IMG/VR virus record: IMGVR_UViG_3300037067_017589
Strand: one strand, 5' to 3'
Length of the DNA: 64,000 bases
From: an uncultured virus (IMG/VR IMGVR_UViG_3300037067_017589)
Lineage: Duplodnaviria > Heunggongvirae > Uroviricota > Caudoviricetes
Shown piece after piece: positions 58,601-64,000 of this stretch. The number at the start of each line of letters is the position of its first letter. Position 1 is the stretch's first letter. The notes below the pieces were generated by a model, which was given only the letters and a program-made list of their open reading frames with translations, was not told the origin of the DNA and made no database searches. The position numbers and the translations under genes are program-made.

Positions 58601-60760
58601 AAAGATCGCGATACAAAAGGAACTAAAGTATTTCCAGATTTTCTTGAATCATTATATTTTAATCAGAGTAAGGCTTTATTAACTCAAATAGAAATTATAG
58701 AAGATGAAATAAGGCTTAGAGCGGTTGCTTTGGGCGCTAATAATGATGATGAAATTATTAAATTAATAGTATGTGGTTCAAATATAGGAACATATTCATC
58801 TGCGGACTTTGGATTTTTAACTACATTTGATGGAGGTATACAAAATATTCCAGCTATATTAACACAAATTCGTCCGGAATATTCTGAACATGCGAATTCT
58901 CAAGGACTTACATCAGTTAAAGATGCAAAAGAACAACTTAGTAAATACCAACAAAATATTTCAATATATTTAAAAAAGAATAGATTATTTACTATTAGTA
59001 CTCAAATCAAAGCTAATAAAGAATTTAATACTACAGTTGATCCAGATCAACAAGCTACAATAGTTGAAAAAATTAGAATAAAACTAAGGAATAAAACTGG
59101 ACTTGAACCAAAAAATCTTAGTGATCTTTTTACAAATGATAGATTTCGTCGTCTTGAAACACATGCAGTAAGTAGAAGTGATAGATTAAATCTATTTTTA
59201 CAAATTGGAAGTTTAATATCACAAAGACAAACATTATTATATTCTCTTTCAAATGCTATGAGAAGTTTTGTAGATGGTTTATCTATCAATACACCTGATG
59301 AAAAAAATCAAAACATTTTTAGTGGTGGTTTGAGTAATTTAGATGAACCAACTAATTCTAATGCTGTAGGTCGTTCTATAGCAACTCCAAATTTAAATAG
59401 ACATACTGAAATTCCAGAATATTTAGAACATATGATTGAATATGAAAATGATGATAATTTAGGAGTTAATTCTGGTCGTCGTTTTATTATTACAGCTGAT
59501 CGTATTGTTAGTTTGACTATTTCTGAAAATGCTCCTCAATACACTATGATAAGTGTTAATGGAATGTTTGCTGAAGGTCTTGTTGATTCTGGAAGTAGTT
59601 TTAAAACAAATTTTGATGGAAAGAACGAAAGTAATCTAATGTCTTCTGCTATAGCTGTAGATTATGATATGTGGTATCAATATGGTTTTAAAGTGCCTAC
59701 ATCTATTGAAGCTCCATTTTTAAGTGATCCAGATAGTCAATGCGCACCATATGCATATGCTACATTGTTACAGGCACGTGAAAATATTTTACAAGGTTCT
59801 GTTCAAATTACTGGTTATAATGAGTTTTATCAACCTGGTGATGTTGTATATATTGAAGATAGAAATTTATTATTTTATGTTAGAGGTGTGCAACATAATT
59901 TTAGTTATGGGCAATTAAATACAACATTAGATCTTTCATATGGTCACAATTCAGGTGAATATATTCCAACTATGTTAGATGTTGTTGGTAAAATTTTATA
60001 TAATAGCCGTGGTTTTACTGGTAGATTTAGAAATGAAAGATATCAGATGTTAGGAGCTTCTCGTTCATTAGGAGCTTTAACAATTGAAAATAAAATTTCA
60101 TTTACAGAATCTATAAGTGAAAATAATATATTATTTAGTAACACAGAACCTATGGTAAAATTATTAAGTGGTAGGAATGGAGAAAGAAATAAGAATATTC
60201 TTACAAATACATTATTTGCTATAAGTGGTAATTTTAATCAAACTGGATTTGGTACTAATAAAACAAGAATAAAAATAGTATATTATAAAACACAAGAAGA
60301 TACAGCTACTTACATGGCTCAATTAGCAACAGCTGTTCTTGAATGGCTTGTTTCTCCAGAAAAAATGACACCTGATGGTCTTAGTGCTGATGTTTTTATG
60401 CAAGATGGTACAGGAAATCAAAAAGTATTTGGTATTAATGCTGAAGATATTATAATTGAAGAGGTTGATTTAACAAATTCCAAACAACAAACTAGACGTC
60501 GTACTTATCCAGAAAACAAATCTCCTGAACCAAATACACAAGGACCTTCTAGTGCAGCTATTGCAGCTACCAGAGTAATGTCAGCATCAGATATTAAACC
60601 AACACAATTTTCAAATATATTAGCTAGTTGTATTTTAGATTTATTTGTAGATTATGAAGATGTTAAAGAAACAATAAGTCAATCAGATGATGGAAGTGAA
60701 TATGGTCAACAGTCAAATGCTTCAATTGATGAAGCTCGCCAAATTGGAAGAATTTCTTAA
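55613..60760 (+). CDS. Large baseplate hub-like protein
   Basis: QPMDVITIFM, FEVFA.TQG.I..RPP.YN and QPGDVVYI....LFYV.GV.H.FSYG...TTL.LSYG resemble T4 gp27/gpD-type hub motifs. Confidence 0.6.
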   Translation: MNFLSSLGNIINDQFGIGENTKGTVKVLGDKSAERSYIENGFIRNLRPRKRSILFQQPDIYVVVKKRMFSSLVNNSRLDYLEKKERILIAASKKLFQNKCKLISAYEKLTKIEKLAIDSGSFNTFLGPSFINLIDSLDTLGGATGLFSLDASTKSAIETLRKVLSYSMPTDFTSWTTNDWDASFSDEVGEGPGTMELTIVSSISTKTSVEWGGGSANLTLEDPYNLLTITEQDIDQALTDVTNVYREGGFFKFTKTELENTIRDLQGELAVERRSRNASNITFKISPGTVVSKRVRAILDDESTDIRFQYSTGLSGEDGSVGEVLSSVFVSIGNTISGGNVEIEPEFLEGYNSINVSINNQLTKSEQKKFVQIIGNIFTLLGYNQTSKAELNQASAEINYARNRMRLFFNGKYVIQPMDVITIFMSSRTSEDDRLPGGFQKQQNESGFSLINRFDTILKNINNTVGDMQTNGKLETIMSFEDIERSSMVGAGFPKWLWRQFKQDITCQPTGPCIFTGLVGAMGQGVVGTWSDGKWTVSVTCNDNSAYFSQGYINFQPSADVLNASIYDPLTPFDVSLDASTGTALTDTTEGDLPQLLPENKMLIQTGLLTYGSGPEKGNSVTEENLKQQTSEITFGKFRNVLHAPNGLVYRWKQGIQTLTWLSKPENSTEENRAVLLTPQPFAGQDVMNVISMLVTGQPYNYDTFLKAAIANGNSLGSNDNISNITAATTYIQGLLNDIEKTNCIWGNFIPYKKLVMNPSINTLITQTRLDAVSNNEQLTKLLRERASVEDEIMMLADGFNVDLNSLFTKNEAGQSVLSNSSTNTIETDAATDAKRRLDSIDEQINNLQGYFDKKYKESNNQEIGLTIMGTDVNTNLTSVNDASSSNAQKQRDELELRRNLFRFTARRFWKVKANEDQNLFIVDDQYDKNFDLMAFERKIGSTIKLFDSPYSSVADQINNVKKLLGFEVFANTQGHIEARPPGYNKVPSSVFYKMFKDRDTKGTKVFPDFLESLYFNQSKALLTQIEIIEDEIRLRAVALGANNDDEIIKLIVCGSNIGTYSSADFGFLTTFDGGIQNIPAILTQIRPEYSEHANSQGLTSVKDAKEQLSKYQQNISIYLKKNRLFTISTQIKANKEFNTTVDPDQQATIVEKIRIKLRNKTGLEPKNLSDLFTNDRFRRLETHAVSRSDRLNLFLQIGSLISQRQTLLYSLSNAMRSFVDGLSINTPDEKNQNIFSGGLSNLDEPTNSNAVGRSIATPNLNRHTEIPEYLEHMIEYENDDNLGVNSGRRFIITADRIVSLTISENAPQYTMISVNGMFAEGLVDSGSSFKTNFDGKNESNLMSSAIAVDYDMWYQYGFKVPTSIEAPFLSDPDSQCAPYAYATLLQARENILQGSVQITGYNEFYQPGDVVYIEDRNLLFYVRGVQHNFSYGQLNTTLDLSYGHNSGEYIPTMLDVVGKILYNSRGFTGRFRNERYQMLGASRSLGALTIENKISFTESISENNILFSNTEPMVKLLSGRNGERNKNILTNTLFAISGNFNQTGFGTNKTRIKIVYYKTQEDTATYMAQLATAVLEWLVSPEKMTPDGLSADVFMQDGTGNQKVFGINAEDIIIEEVDLTNSKQQTRRRTYPENKSPEPNTQGPSSAAIAATRVMSASDIKPTQFSNILASCILDLFVDYEDVKETISQSDDGSEYGQQSNASIDEARQIGRIS

Positions 60761-60827
60761 AAATTAATAATTTTCCAATATAATATATAAACAGTTAAAT
60801 AGTACAGTTGAATAGTTAGGTGATAAT

Positions 60828-62876
60828 TTGAGTAAAATTCAAAAACAAACAAACATAGGTAACATAGGTTCAGTAATTGGTATACCTGTGCGAGGTGTTA
60901 TTAAGAGGGTTGATATACAAAATGGTATTGTTTATGTTAATCTTCCTCATACAGATACTGATATACAGTATCCAGTAAAATGGCCAGCTGCTTGGATGGG
61001 TATACATGGGGAAGTTGCCTTAGGTTATCCAGAGATAGGTACAAATATTTTTGTTACTGTTAGTCAAGGTGGAGAATTTGTTTTTTTAAATTATAATCAA
61101 CAAAAAATGACAAGGTCATATTCTCCAAGTGGTAAAAGGAGAGTTGATTCAAGTACCAAATTAGGACCTGGAAGATGGGTAACACTTGTACAAAATGATA
61201 TTAGTTTTATAGTTGATCCTAATCAAGGAATATTAGAAGGAGATTCACTTCAATTTACTCAAGCAGATCCTGTTCATAATATGTGGAGTACTAAATTTAA
61301 TCAATTGATGGGTTTTTCAGAAGCTCATAGACAAACAATTGGTCCAATAAAAAGAGATGATAAATCAAGTAGTACTCGTGGAGAAGATGGTTCTTCATTA
61401 TATGGACATAATTATAGCGCAGGTTTAAGACATATAGGATTAGATCCATTTACTAATGTATCTGTTTCGGTAGGTGGAAATAGAAATCCTGGTTTAACAG
61501 AAAATCGTTCGATGTTCTATGAATTTATAGATAGTTTTAGTTATACAAGTGATATAGAAGAGGAAAGATTATATGCTGGAGAAGATGTTTCTAGTACAAA
61601 ATCTTACCAAAGAAAAAGCAGTATTACAGATACTTTAAGTCTTAGTTTAGATCAACCAAATTATTTGTTAGAAATTATAATTGGTACTGTTGTTGATATT
61701 TATGGAAATATTTTAGATTTAAATAGAAATATTTTACCAAATGGTTTAATAGATTCATTATCATTTAGAAAATCAACTGAAGATAATAAAAATATTGTTT
61801 TTAAAAAATTATTAGAGCAATTAAGAAAAAGTGTAGCATATCATTTTGAATTAAATGCTAGAAAAAATAATTTCAATCTTCCGGATTATAAAGATACAAC
61901 TGATTATGTTAGAAATAGAAGCAGATTTCAATTAGATATAGATAAAGAAGGTCAATTTAAAATTAATGTTCCATGTTCTAGTGAGGTAGGAAACGTTCCA
62001 TTATTAGTACGTCATGAAAATTTTTCTAATTTGAAAGGATTTGAGCAAGGTGATTCTAAATCTCAAAAATCAGCTGATCGTGGGCAATTTTTACGCAATG
62101 GTACAGATAAGAAAGATGTATTTTTAGAACCTTATGGAAAGGGGTGTGTAACTTTAAAGAGTAATGAAGATGAATTAAATAGTTATTTATCTCCAACTGA
62201 TAGAAATAATAAAGATAATATAATACAATTAGGAACAGCTTATCATTATATAAATAATGTATTATTTTCACATAAATTTGAGAATATATATGGAAGTGAT
62301 GGTGGTACGGGAGGATATCCAAATAGTATTTTAAATTTAATACCTCCAGTTAGTGATATTGTATCTTCGGAAGTTATCGTAGCTGGTAATGGAGCTAATG
62401 CTGGTGGTAGGAGTGGTACTTTTTCACTTGATGGGTTTTTGTCTTTAAGTATTGGTGCTAATACAGTTGATCGTCAAAGTTTATGGTTGGATTGTGCTGG
62501 TGGTATAGTATCTGCAATTGGAAGAGATAAATATAATAGATCTGTTTCTGCTTCATTAGATGGAGATTTATTTTTGGAAGTGGGTGGTCCCACAATTAAT
62601 GATGATTCAAGATTCCCTACAGTTAATTATAATAACACAGCAAGAGATGGAATAATAGATATTAGGATATGGAATTCTGGAAGTTTTCATACTATAAGAG
62701 TTGATAATGAAGGAATAAAAATTCATACACCACAAAGAATTGATATAGTTAGTGAAGGGGAGATGAGGTTTAAATCTGTTAAGAATAATATAACATTTGA
62801 TGCTGAGAATATTACATTTTATAGCAGCATGTCACCTCCTAGAGAAGTTGAGAGAACACCTGGTGTAAAAATATAG
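60828..62876 (+). CDS. Baseplate central spike-like protein (gp5/gpV/VgrG-like)
   Basis: OB-fold-like N-terminus (RGVIKRVD..NG.V.V...GYP.IG..I.V) and beta-repeat C-terminus; TTG start after an AGGTG RBS. Confidence 0.55.
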   Translation: MSKIQKQTNIGNIGSVIGIPVRGVIKRVDIQNGIVYVNLPHTDTDIQYPVKWPAAWMGIHGEVALGYPEIGTNIFVTVSQGGEFVFLNYNQQKMTRSYSPSGKRRVDSSTKLGPGRWVTLVQNDISFIVDPNQGILEGDSLQFTQADPVHNMWSTKFNQLMGFSEAHRQTIGPIKRDDKSSSTRGEDGSSLYGHNYSAGLRHIGLDPFTNVSVSVGGNRNPGLTENRSMFYEFIDSFSYTSDIEEERLYAGEDVSSTKSYQRKSSITDTLSLSLDQPNYLLEIIIGTVVDIYGNILDLNRNILPNGLIDSLSFRKSTEDNKNIVFKKLLEQLRKSVAYHFELNARKNNFNLPDYKDTTDYVRNRSRFQLDIDKEGQFKINVPCSSEVGNVPLLVRHENFSNLKGFEQGDSKSQKSADRGQFLRNGTDKKDVFLEPYGKGCVTLKSNEDELNSYLSPTDRNNKDNIIQLGTAYHYINNVLFSHKFENIYGSDGGTGGYPNSILNLIPPVSDIVSSEVIVAGNGANAGGRSGTFSLDGFLSLSIGANTVDRQSLWLDCAGGIVSAIGRDKYNRSVSASLDGDLFLEVGGPTINDDSRFPTVNYNNTARDGIIDIRIWNSGSFHTIRVDNEGIKIHTPQRIDIVSEGEMRFKSVKNNITFDAENITFYSSMSPPREVERTPGVKI

Positions 62877-62884
62877 GATAATAT

Positions 62885-64000
62885 ATGGTTTGTGATCCAT
62901 CAAAAAATAGTATAGACATTATAGTTGGTCCTGGACCACATTTACCTGGTATGGGCGATCCTTTTTCTATTCCAAAAATACCATTTCCTGATGTAAATCT
63001 ACCATTTGGACCTGAAGATTTATTAGATTTAATGGAAAGATTATTTGCATTACTTCCTACAGGTATTAGACTTGATGTAAATTTTGATGATTTTTCAAAA
63101 TCAGCATGGGATGCTATAGCAAACTTATTAAATAAACTAGCACCATTTCTTGCTTTTTATAAATTTATACAAGCACTTCTTAATATTATTTTATGTATAA
63201 TTGATATTGTTTGTGCTCTTATGAATCCATGGTCAACTGTAAAGGCTGTAAAACGTTTATTTAAAACATGTTTACCAGCATTTTTAGCTTTATTTCCTTG
63301 GCTCGCTTTAATATTAATGATTTTAGCTTTAATATTATTATTAATAGCATTAATAGAATATATAATACAAAGAATTATTGATTATATTAAACAATTAATA
63401 GCAAATATTATAGTATTAGTTGATGCTATACATAAACATGATGAAGATTCAATCTTAAAATGCATACAAAAGATGTCAAATCTAATATGTTTATTAGAAC
63501 AATTAATGGCTATTTTATTAGCAGTGGGTGCATTATTTGCAATAATAAGACCATTAATGGATATTGGTGGTCGTGGAGTATGTGCTAGGGGTAGTGGAGG
63601 TGGAGATCCTGAAGATGTGCAACAAGCTCTTGGTATTTGTTGTACAGAAGATTTTTGTCCAGATTTTATATCAAATTATAGTCCGGACGGACCAAGATCT
63701 GAAACTGGTCGTTTTATTTATCAACGACAACTTAATACTGTAATTCCTTCTGAATTTTCATTTTTAAGTGTTAATAGTTTATCACCATTAAGACCACAAC
63801 GTTTTCAATTTATTGATGATAATCCACAAGGATTTAAATTTTTAGATATTATTACTCCATCACCATCTGGATTTACATATTGGCCAGAAGGTGAATCATA
63901 TGATAGTACTGCTAATACTTTTAGAGTTCCATATTTATTAGATATGAATGTTGGAGTAAACCCTAGTCTTTTTGGAAATCCAGCAGATTTAGATGGATAT
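62885..64000 (+). CDS. Hydrophobic, Cys-containing protein, 3'-truncated (absent from the ORF track)
   Basis: ATG 62885 after AGGA RBS: MVCDPSKNS...FLALFPWLALILMILALILLLIALIEYII...; the last three codons of the window read D-G-Y in this frame. Confidence 0.75.
   Translation, partial: MVCDPSKNSIDIIVGPGPHLPGMGDPFSIPKIPFPDVNLPFGPEDLLDLMERLFALLPTGIRLDVNFDDFSKSAWDAIANLLNKLAPFLAFYKFIQALLNIILCIIDIVCALMNPWSTVKAVKRLFKTCLPAFLALFPWLALILMILALILLLIALIEYIIQRIIDYIKQLIANIIVLVDAIHKHDEDSILKCIQKMSNLICLLEQLMAILLAVGALFAIIRPLMDIGGRGVCARGSGGGDPEDVQQALGICCTEDFCPDFISNYSPDGPRSETGRFIYQRQLNTVIPSEFSFLSVNSLSPLRPQRFQFIDDNPQGFKFLDIITPSPSGFTYWPEGESYDSTANTFRVPYLLDMNVGVNPSLFGNPADLDGY

Noticed and set aside
937..62322. Short minus-strand and nested alternate-frame ORFs of 60-97 aa in the ORF track
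   Set aside because: They overlap well-supported plus-strand genes and have low-complexity F/I/L/Y composition typical of AT-rich shadows.
47405..62876. Bacterial extracellular contractile injection system or tailocin instead of a phage
   Set aside because: Contiguous with helicase, loader, RNR, sigma factor, inteins and homing endonucleases on one strand, which fits a large phage. Capsid, portal and terminase are not visible in this window.
1..64000. Stop-codon reassignment (alternative genetic code)
   Set aside because: Long conserved genes are intact under the standard code and end at TAA, TAG and TGA; the few breaks are explained by insertions or frameshifts.
1..64000. tRNA or rRNA genes
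   Set aside because: No cloverleaf or rRNA-like GC-rich segment noticed in the short intergenic spaces; no scan was run.

Overview
Very AT-rich, gene-dense window with essentially all real genes on the + strand and a standard genetic code (TAA, TAG and TGA all used as stops). It is best read as part of a large (jumbo) contractile-tailed phage genome. Gene order: (1) 1-8.8 kb, an NDP-sugar synthesis, methylation and glycosyltransfer cluster (methyltransferases, GT2-like, DegT aminotransferase, C-methyltransferase, broken FkbM, gmd, fcl, RmlB-like). (2) 9.6-24.5 kb, a tubulin/FtsZ-family GTPase, SF2 helicase, DnaC-like loader, DnaB with a class 3 intein, sigma factor, class II ribonucleotide reductase with a LAGLIDADG intein, and methionine aminopeptidase. 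(3) 24.6-64 kb, virion morphogenesis genes (fibre/spike proteins, neck-like proteins, sheath, tube, chaperone with a likely frameshift, tape measure, baseplate hub and spike), interrupted by IscS-like, HNH, cold-shock and LAGLIDADG genes. Main highlights: (a) a DGY tripeptide occurs about 37 times, almost only in probable surface-exposed virion proteins, and is a candidate glycosylation or modification sequon for the sugar cluster; (b) five copies of a non-autonomous IS200/IS605-type element, all inserted 3' of TTTAA, of which the full-length copies carry a ~200-nt structured RNA and mostly a phage-type promoter, resembling stand-alone TnpB omega-RNA guide cassettes; (c) two phage promoter motifs at fixed distances from ATGs, implying leaderless mRNAs. 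All calls come from reading motifs by eye; no searches or folding programs were run.
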